A DNA stretch of 63,960 nt, filler included, from an uncultured bacterium (GCA_964471275.1; 3 parts of 3 records of this genome joined end to end with filler, not necessarily neighbours in it); one strand, 5' to 3'; shown: positions 1 through 10,357, counted from the whole stretch's first letter. Numbers and translations are program-made. The notes: generated from the letters alone by a model not told the origin.

Positions 1-545
1 CCATACAACTCCACATCCAGACGCCGGCCGTCCTTCTCAACGTGCTGCCGCAGACACCCCTCGTACTGCATCCCGATATTCTCCATCACACGTCCTGACG
101 CTGAATTGCCCTTCATGTAATGCGCGTGTATGCGACAGAGTCATAGTGATGAAAAACAGAAGGTCAGCAGCGCCCCGGCCGCCTCCGTACAGTACCCCTT
201 CTCCCAATACGGCTTCCCCACCCAGTACCCGAACTCCCCGATCCTGTGCTTCTGCGAGATCGCCACGCTGATCGCCCCGACCAACTCTTCCGTGTCTCTA
301 CTCACCACCGCATAGACGACATTCGTTCCCTGCTTCACCTGATCCGCTAGCGACACGATCCACTCCTCGGCCATCCCGTCCTCGTAGGGATGCGGTACAC
401 TCAACGTCGTACTCGCCACATCGGCATCCCCAACCAGTCGCTGAACATCTCCTGCATCGTCTATCCTGAAGGGTCGCGGCAGCAACCTTTCTGTGGTCAA
501 AACATCCTGCCGATTCACAGTCTGCCCTCTCTGGTCACTTGTCAT
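1..545 (-). pseudogene. RimJ/RimL-type GNAT N-acetyltransferase with in-frame TGA; runs off the window start
   Basis: ORF 141..545 (LTTERLLPRPF, GEFGYWVGKPYWEKGY) stops at TGA 141-143. The frame continues with the family C-terminus LCRIHAHYMKGNSASGRVMENIGMQYEG. Confidence 0.8.
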
Positions 546-1446
546 CTGTCATGGGTGTATTGCCTCTAACCCATCCATACGTCATATCCGTCACGTGAAA
601 TCCGACGTTCGAATAGAACACGAACGCGCGATGATTCTCGATCGCCGTACTGATCGCCGCGTGTCGGTAGCCCATCTCGCGTGCCGACCGCATCGTATAC
701 AGCAGGGCATATCGACCCAATCCTCTTCCCTGGTAAGCTTCTTCTACACCCAGCCACTAGACGAACAGCCGGTCCTGAAACGTCAGCTCATCAGACCACT
801 GACCGCAGGCGCAGATGTGGCAGGCTGCGATTTCCTCGTCATCAACGAATCCCCCGAGTTTCAGACCTGGGAGGGTCCCGTCCCCTTCAACCTCTGACAG
901 ACGAACGTCGACATCTACAGGTGATTCACCCGGATCGACCGCATAGTCGTCCCAGTCGAAGAAGATCTCACCATCGGTACGTTCGAACCCGTTCATCTGT
1001 AGAAGGGGTTGGACGTGACCCAAATGGTCACTCAGGTAGACACAGCTTCTGTGGTAGAACCCGTATCGGCAGTGCTGGCTGTAGGCTCTGATCTGCTCGA
1101 GACCGCCATACCTATCCACCGTTCGGTCCAGAAGCGCCTGTCCCGAGGCACGGTCACCCGGAGGATACATCATGAATCGAATGGCGCCCCCGATCGCCAC
1201 GTTCTTCAGATGGTCTTCTGCCGTGTGAATAAACGCGACAGGTTCACCGGATTGTATCGCCACGAGAACCTGTTCATTCTGTAACCTTTCCGGGCCTCGA
1301 TTCTCGCCCGACTCCGGAATGAGGGTCGATCGAAATCGCGTCTCGCTGACGGGGTAACAGTGTGGCACTCTATCGATTCCGTCATTGTAGAGTCAGTGGA
1401 GTGTCGGGATGTGTTCGGAATGGAGTTTTACGATCTCGATTTCCAT
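535..1446 (-). pseudogene. GNAT-family acetyltransferase with two in-frame stops
   Basis: GGGAGG SD then ATG at 1446. One frame to 535 is interrupted by TGA 1393-1395 and TAG 757-759. The acetyl-CoA motif VEEAYQGRGLGRY follows the TAG. Confidence 0.75.
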
Positions 1447-1457
1447 CGAGCCTCCCA

Positions 1458-1471
1458 GTGTGTCCAGTGTC
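1458..1471 (-). repeat. Inverted partial copy of the GACACTGGACACAC end of the 225-bp element
   Basis: GTGTGTCCAGTGTC is the reverse complement of the motif ending at 2192 and 3876; weaker similarity extends about 15 nt further. Confidence 0.6.
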
Positions 1472-1967
1472 GTCCCAGGTGTTCGCGCGCAACGTTCGGA
1501 AGAACGCACCGTGTTCCTGAATAGGGTCCGGTGCGATGTACTCGCGGGACCTCACTGCCAAATCGCATTCGCCATACGAGAACTGAGGCAGCCTCATTCC
1601 GTTGACTCGTTCTCAGAATACTGCCTGCGGCGTCGCGATGTCGCCGTTCCTCAGCGCTTTCATCAGAGCACTTCCGCTCCCCAGCCGCGAGCCTGGGATC
1701 CCACTTGGTTCCTGACCCGTTCGCTCAGGTTTTATGGAGATTGACTCGGATGAGACATCGCTTTCATTTAAGACAGGATCTGTCTCCTTAAGTCTTGTCG
1801 CGTCGACTACCATAGATAGTCTGACGTTGATTTGCGCTGACCGCCAGACGGTACGGATTCAGAATGGTGTTTACCGTTCAGATTCGTTGGAGTCGGACAC
1901 ACGTGTTCGTACGATTCGCGCCGAGGGTATTCCTTTTCGAGTTCCGAGAGGTCATCGCAACGCGGCT

Positions 1968-2192
1968 CACAATTGTCCGTCCATCCCTGAGGTTCGATCC
2001 CGCAGTCCGTCTTCGCTGCGCTCTCGACGGACAGGCTGCGCGGCCGCACCCCAGGCTTACGGCGGTCGCCCCGTTCCGGGGCTGAGACAGATTTGACACC
2101 ATGTCATCAACAGCGTGTAGAGAAAGCAGCGATCTCAAATCAACCCCACATACTGGTTCAATGTGTCAACACCACAATGACACTGGACACAC
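1968..2192 (+). repeat. 225-bp REP/MITE-like element, copy 1
   Basis: Colinear, ungapped high similarity to 3652-3876 (shared CGGTCGCCCCGTTC, TGTCATCAACAGCGTGTAGAGAAAGCAGCGATC, TGACACTGGACACAC). Confidence 0.85.
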
Positions 2193-2213
2193 AGACTTCT
2201 TCAAGGAGTGACC

Positions 2214-2858
2214 GTGCCCGGATCGACCAAATGTGTTCTCTTCGACTATGGAAACGTGATCAGCCTTCCACAGACGATCGAGGCCAGGCAGAAACAGGCA
2301 GACCTCACCGGGCTTTCACTCGCGAGCTTCCGGAAGCTCTGGGGACAGTATCGGGCGAGCTATGATCAGGGCATCGTCGATGGTCAGACATATTGGTCCC
2401 GTATTCTCGCCCACAGCCGTATCGCCGTCGGTGACGGCCTGACGGATCGTCTGATTCAGGCCGACATCGAGAGTTGGAAACCAACGGACACCTGGATACT
2501 GGACTGGGCTCAGGTACTCAGGGATTCGGGAATACAGACCGGCGTGCTTTCAAACATGCCGACCGAGCTTGTGGCCGACACCCGTATGTCGGAGTGGATC
2601 GAGGGCTTCGCTCCTCTCTTCTTCTCTGCAGAGATCAAAGCCAACAAACCCTACGCTCCGATCTATGCACACGTTACCCGGCTGCTCGAGTGCAGTCCTG
2701 CCGAAACCTTGTTCATCGACGACCGCGAAGACAATATCCGCGGGGCTCAACGTGCAGGTCTACAAACGATTCTTCACAGCTCCTGGAACGAAACACGCTC
2801 GCAAGTGCGAGCAAATCACGACCTGCCGCTCCCAGGACGATCCCACGCTTATCGCTGA
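2214..2858 (+). CDS. HAD-superfamily hydrolase/phosphatase
   Basis: LFDYGNVI (motif I), LSN (II), KP and FIDDREDN (III/IV); AAGGAG SD before GTG. Confidence 0.85.
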   Translation: MPGSTKCVLFDYGNVISLPQTIEARQKQADLTGLSLASFRKLWGQYRASYDQGIVDGQTYWSRILAHSRIAVGDGLTDRLIQADIESWKPTDTWILDWAQVLRDSGIQTGVLSNMPTELVADTRMSEWIEGFAPLFFSAEIKANKPYAPIYAHVTRLLECSPAETLFIDDREDNIRGAQRAGLQTILHSSWNETRSQVRANHDLPLPGRSHAYR

Positions 2859-2873
2859 TCATTACCCACCCCT

Positions 2874-3374
2874 TCAATCCAGTGTCACGCCCTGCCCGTA
2901 AATGTCTCCCCACCCCTCTGGCTGAATCGCACGCAGGGCTTCGGCTCGTTCGATCGTTTTCCTCAGCCAGATCGTCCCCGGGTCCGTTGACGTCAGGAAT
3001 CTGAGTGCCTCGTCTGCGGTCATCCACCTCTGCTCGGAATGTTCGCTACTTCTGATCACACGCTCATCACCGACAATCGTGCACGCAAAAGCAACTCCCT
3101 GCAGTTCATTCTCTGGATCCGCATTACCCCTGTAGAAGTGCGAGAGACCGACAATCGTCTCAATGTGGACGCGTAGTCCGGTTTCTTCGGCCACCTCACG
3201 GTGCAATGCCTCTTCGAACCCCTCGCCCTGGTTCACCCGTCCTGTCACACACTCCCAGACACCCGAGCCAAAGTCTCGACTGCTGGCTCGCTTCATCAGC
3301 AGGTAGGCTCCCTTTCGATTCTGGATCAGCCCGGCGATCCCCGCCAGAAAACGCCCAGGCTCCTGTATGCTCAC
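2874..3374 (-). CDS. NUDIX hydrolase
   Basis: Nudix box GRVNQGEGFEEALHREVAEETGL. Confidence 0.9.
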   Translation of the reverse strand: MSIQEPGRFLAGIAGLIQNRKGAYLLMKRASSRDFGSGVWECVTGRVNQGEGFEEALHREVAEETGLRVHIETIVGLSHFYRGNADPENELQGVAFACTIVGDERVIRSSEHSEQRWMTADEALRFLTSTDPGTIWLRKTIERAEALRAIQPEGWGDIYGQGVTLD

Positions 3375-3392
3375 AAGGTCTTCCTCCTGCGC

Positions 3393-3424
3393 AAAGAAAA
3401 CGGGCAGGTCAAGAGACCTGCCCG
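3393..3424 (-). terminator. Rho-independent terminator
   Basis: CGGGCAGGTC-tctt-GACCTGCCCG (perfect 10-bp stem) followed by TTTTCTTT on the minus strand. Confidence 0.75.
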
Positions 3425-3446
3425 ATCCGATATCCTGTCTGTCGTC

Positions 3447-3626
3447 TCACCCATCGCAGGCCACGCAGATATTTGCTGACCGGCTGCCTCCTTTGCCATC
3501 CGGCACCCGGGTCTCGCCTTCAACACGTATCCGGACGTTGGAGCCGTCACAGAAATCACAGGCCCCCCTTTTGGGGTAGGTGTAGCCCGACTGAGTATCC
3601 GGTCTACTATCGTCTGTATGGACCAA
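3447..3626 (-). CDS. 59-aa putative zinc-ribbon microprotein (CDFC ... CVAC)
   Basis: Hand translation MVHTDDSRPDTQSGYTYPKRGACDFCDGSNVRIRVEGETRVPDGKGGSRSANICVACDG*; GGAG SD before TTG; terminator downstream. Confidence 0.6.
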   Translation of the reverse strand: MVHTDDSRPDTQSGYTYPKRGACDFCDGSNVRIRVEGETRVPDGKGGSRSANICVACDG

Positions 3627-3651
3627 GAATTCTTCTCCGGGTCAAGAGGGG

Positions 3652-3876
3652 CACGATTGTCTGTCCAGCCCTGGGGTTCTGCCCCGCAATTTGTCTTCGC
3701 TACGCTTTCGACAGACAGGGCGCGCGGCCACACCCCCGGCTCACGACGGTCGCCCCGTTCGGGGACTGAGACAGATTCGAGACCGTGTCATCAACAGCGT
3801 GTAGAGAAAGCAGCGATCCCAAATCAACCCTACCTACAGGCTCAATGTGTCAACATCATTATGACACTGGACACAC
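3652..3876 (+). repeat. 225-bp REP/MITE-like element, copy 2
   Basis: Direct repeat of 1968-2192. Confidence 0.85.
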
Positions 3877-3931
3877 TAGGGATAGCCGTAAATTGGCAAA
3901 TCCCTGTGTTGAGGATGCAGAAGCTGCAGTC

Positions 3932-4891
3932 TCAGAATCCCCGAACCAATGCACCGATTGCTGCTGCATCCACCTCCCGATCTTCCGGAAAATCGTATGG
4001 AACCAGAGACCACGTCTCCGTAAACGACCCCGACTCTCCAGGCCTCAGCTCCTCCATCGGTCCGATCGGTTCCAGCTCACAGACTTGATCTTTGTTGTAC
4101 CAGATCGAAATCGTCAGCCCGGCCATCTCGTTATAAACTCGATCGGGATCGGTTGGATACTGCTTCACAAACAGCAGATTCTCCAGCATCAGATAGGCGA
4201 ACCACCCGATGTGCGAATCCATACCGAGCTTTGGCCGAAGAGGCGTGTCACGCACGACCAGGTAGTCGCCCTGACGGATGATGTTCGGATCGTCGGGCTG
4301 ATAGTCCATCACCCGCCCGGGTCCATACATGATGTAGCTGTCTGGAAACTTGCTCCGACCGTCCAGAGGTACGACAGCGATACCGTGCCCCGTTGAAAAC
4401 GTTCGACTCCAGTGACACCATCGGGTGACCCGGTCTGCGATATTCTGGATCGTCTGCGTAACCTTCAGCTGGCTTGTGTGTGCTCCCAGTTCGAAATCGC
4501 GAACCAGCTGGACGCCAGTCGCATCGTGCTTCACGCTCGTCAGACGAGCCAACCCCGGACCCAGGATCTCTGCCTCCCACGGGCCCAGCCAGAGCGCGTC
4601 TCGATTCGGAATCAGCTTTTCAGGGCCGATATCGAATCGTCCACCCGTGATACCGACACGATTTTTCTCATCCCACACCCATCCTGCCTGCTCGGGATCG
4701 AGCAGGATCGCGTTGACCCCGTTGAGCGAATACTCGAGGACGCGTCCACCGGCGTGGTGCCCGAGCACCACGCGAGTCGAGTCATTCCTCAACTCGACAC
4801 AGTCCTTGTAGCCGAAGAAATCCACTCGGCTGGAAGTCACTTCCGCCTCAGACACGGTCGCCGCCAACGAGAAAAGGAAACAGATGAACAC
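3932..4891 (-). CDS. Secreted galactose-mutarotase-like fold protein (DUF4380-like)
   Basis: Signal-peptide-like N-terminus; VLGHHAGGRVLEYSLNG, GGRFDIGPE, CELEPIGP, FTETWSL. Confidence 0.55.
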   Translation of the reverse strand: MFICFLFSLAATVSEAEVTSSRVDFFGYKDCVELRNDSTRVVLGHHAGGRVLEYSLNGVNAILLDPEQAGWVWDEKNRVGITGGRFDIGPEKLIPNRDALWLGPWEAEILGPGLARLTSVKHDATGVQLVRDFELGAHTSQLKVTQTIQNIADRVTRWCHWSRTFSTGHGIAVVPLDGRSKFPDSYIMYGPGRVMDYQPDDPNIIRQGDYLVVRDTPLRPKLGMDSHIGWFAYLMLENLLFVKQYPTDPDRVYNEMAGLTISIWYNKDQVCELEPIGPMEELRPGESGSFTETWSLVPYDFPEDREVDAAAIGALVRGF

Positions 4892-4903
4892 GAGCGCCGG
4901 CTC

Positions 4904-5398
4904 CTACTTGATCTCCAGGAGTTCAACATCGAACACGAGTGTTGCGTTCGGCGGAATCGCACCGGGGAATCCTCTCTGACCGTAAGCCAGGTTCCCAGGG
5001 ATCTTGAGCTGACGCTTGCCTCCGATATTCATCGTCGCAACGCCGATATCCCATCCCTTGATCACACGTCCAGCACCCAGCTTAAACGTGAACGGACGAT
5101 TCTTATCGACTGAACTATCAAACTTCTTGCCGTTGATCAGCCATCCCGTGTAGTGCACGGTCACTTCCTGACCTGTCCTGGGCCGGGCACCATCACCCAC
5201 CACGAAGTCGTGATACTCGAGTCCGGACGGCATCATCTGATAGTCGAGTGTACCCATTGCGGCACCGGGCAAAGACTTCGGTGCAGCAGGTTTTGTCGTC
5301 TGCGGCGACGATGACATCTCCGCGGACTGCTTCGGTTCTTCTCCGTTGCACGCAACCATCAAACCCAACAAACCCACCGCGATCCACTGCTTCTTCAT
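4904..5398 (-). CDS. FKBP-type peptidyl-prolyl isomerase, lipoprotein
   Basis: VHYTGWL...KFDSS, VIKGWDIGV, IPPNATLVFDVELL; lipobox MVAC. Confidence 0.95.
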   Translation of the reverse strand: MKKQWIAVGLLGLMVACNGEEPKQSAEMSSSPQTTKPAAPKSLPGAAMGTLDYQMMPSGLEYHDFVVGDGARPRTGQEVTVHYTGWLINGKKFDSSVDKNRPFTFKLGAGRVIKGWDIGVATMNIGGKRQLKIPGNLAYGQRGFPGAIPPNATLVFDVELLEIK

Positions 5399-5466
5399 CT
5401 CTAAATCCTTTCGGTTTCACGCAAACAGAGGGCCCGAACACGACACTCGGACCCCCTTCGATATTG
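5399..5466 (-). promoter_or_regulatory. Hairpin/U-tract 5' leader shared with the second FKBP gene
   Basis: GGGGGTCCGAG...TTCGGGCCCTC TGTTT, then AAAGGA SD; similar to 6037-6114. Confidence 0.5.
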
Positions 5467-5482
5467 AATCCGGTCACGCGTT

Positions 5483-5510
5483 AACGTAGGTCCTCAGAGA
5501 AGGATGTCAA
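5483..5510 (-). promoter_or_regulatory. Putative sigma70 promoter
   Basis: TTGACA-16 nt-TACGTT upstream of the leader hairpin. Confidence 0.45.
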
Positions 5511-5568
5511 AACCTCTCGATGACGCTCTTCGATCTTCTCTCTTCACATCACCAATCTTGGATCTTCA

Positions 5569-6036
5569 TCAATCGACATCCAGCAGCTCGATCTCGAAGA
5601 CCAGCGTCGAATTCGGTGGAATCGATCCCGCTCCCTGCAATCCGTATCCGAGCGCCGGCGGAATCACAAGCTGTCTCTTGCCGCCGACCCGCATGCCCTC
5701 AACACCTTCATCCCAACCGAGAATCACGCCTCGAACACCCAGCCGAAACGAGAACGGATCGTTACGATCGACCGAGCTGTCGAACTTGCTCCCACTGGCT
5801 AGCCATCCGGTATAATGAACGGTCGCAATATCGCCGGCTGAAACCACATCGCCCGTTCCCAAGGCAAAGTCGTGGATCTTCAAACCGGAGAGGGTTGTCG
5901 TAAACTCGGAATCGGCCACAACCTGCGGCGCCGTGGTGTTCAGTTCGGGACCCAGACCCAGACTGCCCAGGTCGTCGTCACTACATCCAAAGAACATCAG
6001 ACCAGCAACGATCACAACGTACATTCGGTTCTTCAT
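5569..6036 (-). CDS. FKBP-type peptidyl-prolyl isomerase, lipoprotein
   Basis: [35 protein letters not shown]; lipobox FFGC; AAGGAG SD before ATG 6036. Confidence 0.95.
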   Translation of the reverse strand: MKNRMYVVIVAGLMFFGCSDDDLGSLGLGPELNTTAPQVVADSEFTTTLSGLKIHDFALGTGDVVSAGDIATVHYTGWLASGSKFDSSVDRNDPFSFRLGVRGVILGWDEGVEGMRVGGKRQLVIPPALGYGLQGAGSIPPNSTLVFEIELLDVD

Positions 6037-6114
6037 CGAGTCTCCTTGTGTTTCCACAAAAACAAGGGTCCGACCCGCATCCATCTGGACGCGGTGGGTC
6101 GGACCCTGCAATAT
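6037..6114 (-). promoter_or_regulatory. Terminator-like hairpin leader directly before the FKBP SD
   Basis: AGGGTCCGACCC...GGGTCGGACCCT (12-bp perfect stem) + TGTTTTT. Confidence 0.55.
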
Positions 6115-6119
6115 CTTGG

Positions 6120-6766
6120 CTAAACGGCGTGTGCTATCGGTAAGCTTCGAGTTTGAGGGCCGCTGGCTCTGTAAACACGGATTCGGGAAGTGAGTCCAGC
6201 GACATCGGTGTGCTTCCGCTTACCGTGATCGTCGGTCAGCAGGATATTTCCGAATTGCACCAGTGATTCCAAGGACCCAGCGATCTGGGCTCGTCGACGG
6301 CCCGGTCCCTCCAGTAATCCCAGCACACAACCCATCTCGACGCTTTGTCCAAATAGACGTGATACTTGTTCTGCGGTGTCCGACCTACTTCTCCGAACGT
6401 CAGTTCTAATACCTCGCAATCCCTGCCATCGGAATCCGTCTTTTCACCCAGATGCTTCAGGGTCAATCCCGAATCCTTCAGCTTGTAGGGCATCACAAGC
6501 CAGTAGGAATCATTGATTCACGCGCCCCCAGCACGGCGAAGCGCCCGCCCGAGCGGTTCGGCCTCCAACAGCTCAGAACCCTCCTTCCAGGCCTTCCGAC
6601 CACCCAGAGCCGCCATCCCGTCATCTGCAAGCGCGATCGCCTTCGCATCCGACCCGACGACATCAAACCCCTCCGCTACCGGGTTGCTCTCCGCGGAATC
6701 GCCCCCCCCCAGTAAAAGGAGAGTGATCAACGCGGTCAGGCACGATCCCTTGCGCTTCCCGAGCAT
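6120..6766 (-). pseudogene. Degraded secreted protein gene (fragments, in-frame TGA, frameshift)
   Basis: Signal peptide + AIALADDGMAALGGRKAW; TGA 6518-6520 reads on in frame into INDSYWLVMPYKLKDSG; frameshift near 6255; apparent internal deletion. Confidence 0.6.
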
Positions 6767-6871
6767 GCGTTACCCTTTGTCGCGATCTATCTCCGAAGCC
6801 AAGTTACGAAGCGGCTTCCCCTTATTCTGAGCTTACACCCACCGCAGGCGAGATGTGTCACCGCTTCTAAC

Positions 6872-8275
6872 CTACCTCGCCAGCGCACCCATCGGATCCC
6901 AGGGCGGTAAGACGATCGGATCTTCCTTCAGCGCGCTGAGCAGATTGGCAGGCACATACTTGCGATGTGCCGCGATCTCGAACATATACTGGTCGAACCA
7001 GTTGTCGTTCATCAGATAGAAGCCCTTGTTCCCGCTCTTGTCACCCCAGCTGTTCTCGACGCGCCAGCGTCTCGGAATATCCTGTCCATCTTCGCGTTGC
7101 GTATCCACGCCCGTGAACAGCATGGCGTGTGTCATCTGCGTCTGGTGATACCGAAGTCGGTCTGCTTTATCGAGCGTGAATGCGCAATCGTAGACGCTCT
7201 CGTAGTCGTAGAGCTTCGCATCCCAGAGCCCGATCTTACGTTCCATCATCTTGCCTACATCACAACCCATCCAGACCGGCTCTCCGTCCAGAATCGTCTG
7301 CATCGTGATTCGTTTCATCGTGTCGATGTCGACGTTCAGGTATTTGACCTGCTTGCCCCCTTCGACGTTCCCAAGACACTCGACCGTGAACGTCCGACCG
7401 ATCGGGCTGGCCGGTCGAGGGTCGTGTACAAGGCACACATAGTCATCGACGGGGAGTATCACGTACTCCTTGGCGAACTCCAGAGGCGTCATCTCACCGT
7501 CGCGATGGAATTCACCGTCCTTATCCGTCCATTGCCAGTCGAAACTGGCCGGCGGGGTGCCGAGATGGATCGCCAGGATGCGGTGGACGACCTCGAGGAT
7601 CTGCATCTTCAATGTGCGCAGCACACGCACATCGGAGCCGTCAGATGCAGCCTCACGAAGTGTTCGTGCCCCCTCGCGGAGCTTGGTGAGAAGGATGCTG
7701 TTCATCTTCCGCGAATTCGAGGAGCTTTCTGTCTCCGGCATCGCTGCCTGCGGCACAAGGCCGTGCTTCTCGATCAGATTGACAAACATGTTCCACTGTC
7801 CGCCATCATCGAGCGGCCGTGACATCAGGAACGAAACGTGGCGGTCGTCCGTGTGGCGGTCAGCTGTCTCGATCACGCGTTCGAGAAAGTAGTTGGCCCG
7901 CTCGAACTTGTCCCAGAAGAAAGTGTAGTTCTGACTGAACTCAAAATCCTTCAAGTTCATCTTCTTCATCGCGCCCACGCGCAGCAGGTTCAGACCGGCA
8001 AACATCCAGCACCGTCCGGTAGCCTTCTGATTCGTGACCGACCAATCGTCCAGAACATTGCTGAAGGTAAAATCGCTGGTTGTCACGATGCCTCGGCTGA
8101 GCGCGATTTCATCAACCGAATGCTTGCAGACCGCGTTCTGCGCCATCCGTGCGCCGGGAGAACCTTCGAACCGGGCGCGCATCTCGCCAATCTTCAGTGC
8201 CGGAATGCTGCCTTCATTCGAGGTCTGAAGTGTGGTGACTGCTTCGTGGTCGTTAATGGGGGGTGCGGAGGCCAT
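6872..8275 (-). CDS. pepC: Aminopeptidase C / bleomycin hydrolase (peptidase C1B)
   Basis: NQKATGRCWMFA (catalytic Cys), MTHAM (His), WRVENSWG (Asn), C-terminal PWDPMGALA. Confidence 0.95.
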   Translation of the reverse strand: MASAPPINDHEAVTTLQTSNEGSIPALKIGEMRARFEGSPGARMAQNAVCKHSVDEIALSRGIVTTSDFTFSNVLDDWSVTNQKATGRCWMFAGLNLLRVGAMKKMNLKDFEFSQNYTFFWDKFERANYFLERVIETADRHTDDRHVSFLMSRPLDDGGQWNMFVNLIEKHGLVPQAAMPETESSSNSRKMNSILLTKLREGARTLREAASDGSDVRVLRTLKMQILEVVHRILAIHLGTPPASFDWQWTDKDGEFHRDGEMTPLEFAKEYVILPVDDYVCLVHDPRPASPIGRTFTVECLGNVEGGKQVKYLNVDIDTMKRITMQTILDGEPVWMGCDVGKMMERKIGLWDAKLYDYESVYDCAFTLDKADRLRYHQTQMTHAMLFTGVDTQREDGQDIPRRWRVENSWGDKSGNKGFYLMNDNWFDQYMFEIAAHRKYVPANLLSALKEDPIVLPPWDPMGALAR

Positions 8276-8715
8276 CTCGAAGTAACTCCTAAAGTGAATT
8301 CAATCTCTTGATCGGAAACGAGGAAAAAGGATAACAAAACGAGTGAAGCCAGTCACGAACTTGTCTTAGAGGCTCGGATTCGCGCGGCATGGTGTGTTTC
8401 CGCACGGATTCCCATCCCGATTCGTGTCGCAGTTGCCTGGCGGGAAGTGACAGAACGTGTGCACCGTTGACCCAAATCATTACACATTTTCCACTCATAC
8501 TGCCTGCAGATCCCTTCGCCTCCGGCATTACCAACTGATTCAACAGGAGTCGCATTCTTTTTGAGAGGTCGACTTACCTATGGCACGATATTTGTTCATA
8601 TTTACAGGCGAGCGTAGCAAACTTGGACTGGAAAAAGCCCTCCTTCGATCCAGCGAGAACGAAGCCTGGCGGCATTGACCGCGGCTCCATTTTCTTGTCC
8701 ACCCGCCCGATGTGT

Positions 8716-10062
8716 CTACCGAACGTCTGGAAGCTCGAACACGTCACGCGTCTCCGAGATCCACTGACCCAACCTGTCCTGCAGTCGGTCGCGCTCCACC
8801 TTGAATCGACGATCCATCGCCAGGTTCGCCATCTCGTACGGATCTTCATTCAGATTGTACATCAGCCACGGCACACCTTCAAACGCGGCATACTTCCAGC
8901 CATCGCTCGTCACCACACCGCGCCACGGCCGCTCTCGGTCGGTCGCAAATCCGTGGTCGAACCCTGGATCCACCAGCTGCAGAAACGCAGAGTCCGGTTG
9001 TGTCTCTGTTATCTCCCTATCATCGACATAGCTTCCTGAATAGTCGAACCCTACCATCCCGTCCGGTTTTTCGATCCCACAGATTCCCAGACTCGTGGGC
9101 CCGATATCCACGTGATTGATCAGTGACGGATCCTGCTGCTTGCACTGTGCTGTTTGCTCAGTGCCTGTTACCCGGAGTTTTGCATCGACAACAAAGGGTA
9201 TACGAATGGACTCCTCAAACGGCACGCACTTGAGAATCCGTCCGTGGCTCCCGTGCATGTCTCCGTGATCAGAAAAATAGATCAGGGCCGTCGATTCGCT
9301 CAATCCCAACAACTCGAGTGATTCCTGAATTCGCCCGATGTTCCAGTCCAGGTTCTCGATCATCGCGTAATACCCCGCCAGTGATTCTCGCGATTCGGAA
9401 ACAACGCGGTCGACAGGTGGGACGTTCGGCGACAGCTGAATCGAGTCCGGATCGTATCGGTCAAGAAATTCCTGCGGCGCGACGTAGGGTGAATGCGGCG
9501 GCTGAAACGCCAGCACCGAGAAGAACGGCTGATCCGGATCCCGGTTCTTGAGATCATCGATCAGCAGATTCGTCAGAGCATCTGTCTCATACCCATCGAG
9601 CTTGAAGGGAGAAACCTCGTCTCCCGCCCGATCGTGACCGTGGACCCAGCAGTCATACTGTGCGTTGTTGTTTTCGTACCCGATCCACGTATCGAAGCCG
9701 CCACGTCTCTCTCGTCTGACGTGATGGTGCGAGGGTTTCGTGTTTTCCGTCCGGTTCTCACGTCCGTCGACGTGCCACTTCCCGAAGTAGCGGGTCTGAT
9801 AGCCCGCTTCACTGAATGCGTGAGCAATCGTCCGGGCATTCTCCGGTAACGCCTGATCGTGCCCGGATACACAGTTATGCGGATACTGGGACGTAAGCAG
9901 CGATCCCCTGAAAGGGGAGCACAGCGGACTCCCGCCAATCCCCATCCTGCATCTCCGGGCCATCCGATCGATATTCGGTGTGCACGCGTTGGGATCACCC
10001 ACGCATCCCATTGCCTGGGCCCGGTGTTGATCACTGAAAATCCAGATCAGGTTCTTTCGCAC
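8716..10062 (-). CDS. Formylglycine-dependent sulfatase
   Basis: NLIWIFSDQHR, CSPFR (CxPxR), GKWH, FSDHGD; start set at GTG 10062. Confidence 0.9.
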   Translation of the reverse strand: MRKNLIWIFSDQHRAQAMGCVGDPNACTPNIDRMARRCRMGIGGSPLCSPFRGSLLTSQYPHNCVSGHDQALPENARTIAHAFSEAGYQTRYFGKWHVDGRENRTENTKPSHHHVRRERRGGFDTWIGYENNNAQYDCWVHGHDRAGDEVSPFKLDGYETDALTNLLIDDLKNRDPDQPFFSVLAFQPPHSPYVAPQEFLDRYDPDSIQLSPNVPPVDRVVSESRESLAGYYAMIENLDWNIGRIQESLELLGLSESTALIYFSDHGDMHGSHGRILKCVPFEESIRIPFVVDAKLRVTGTEQTAQCKQQDPSLINHVDIGPTSLGICGIEKPDGMVGFDYSGSYVDDREITETQPDSAFLQLVDPGFDHGFATDRERPWRGVVTSDGWKYAAFEGVPWLMYNLNEDPYEMANLAMDRRFKVERDRLQDRLGQWISETRDVFELPDVR

Positions 10063-10357
10063 ACCCCATCTCCTTCGATCAAATCTCGCCTTTATACCAA
10101 CCTCACGACCCCACGAACTCGCTGGTTCTCCACCCCCCAAGCTAAACGGACAGGATAGTTCAGCAGCGCGCGCTGTCAACATTGGAGTGCGGGCCATGAT
10201 CCTCTGACCAGATCGTGGTTTCGATTCCCGCAACAGAGGATTATCATATTGACATGGTTGCCGCTATCGTCACACTCTTGCTCTGCTTACCGACCCATTC
10301 GGTTGCGGAGTCGCCCTACACGCCCAGCCTGCCCAACCTGGTCCTGGCTGCGCACCT

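Noticed and set aside
1968..3876. CRISPR array or integron attC cassette array
   Set aside because: There are only two long copies 1.5 kb apart, no repeat-spacer periodicity, no cas or integrase gene, and no convincing RYYYAAC/GTTRRRY ends.
8276..8715. Possible ncRNA or small ORF in the intergenic region upstream of pepC
   Set aside because: No recognisable RNA family motif, strong terminator or credible coding signal was found by eye.
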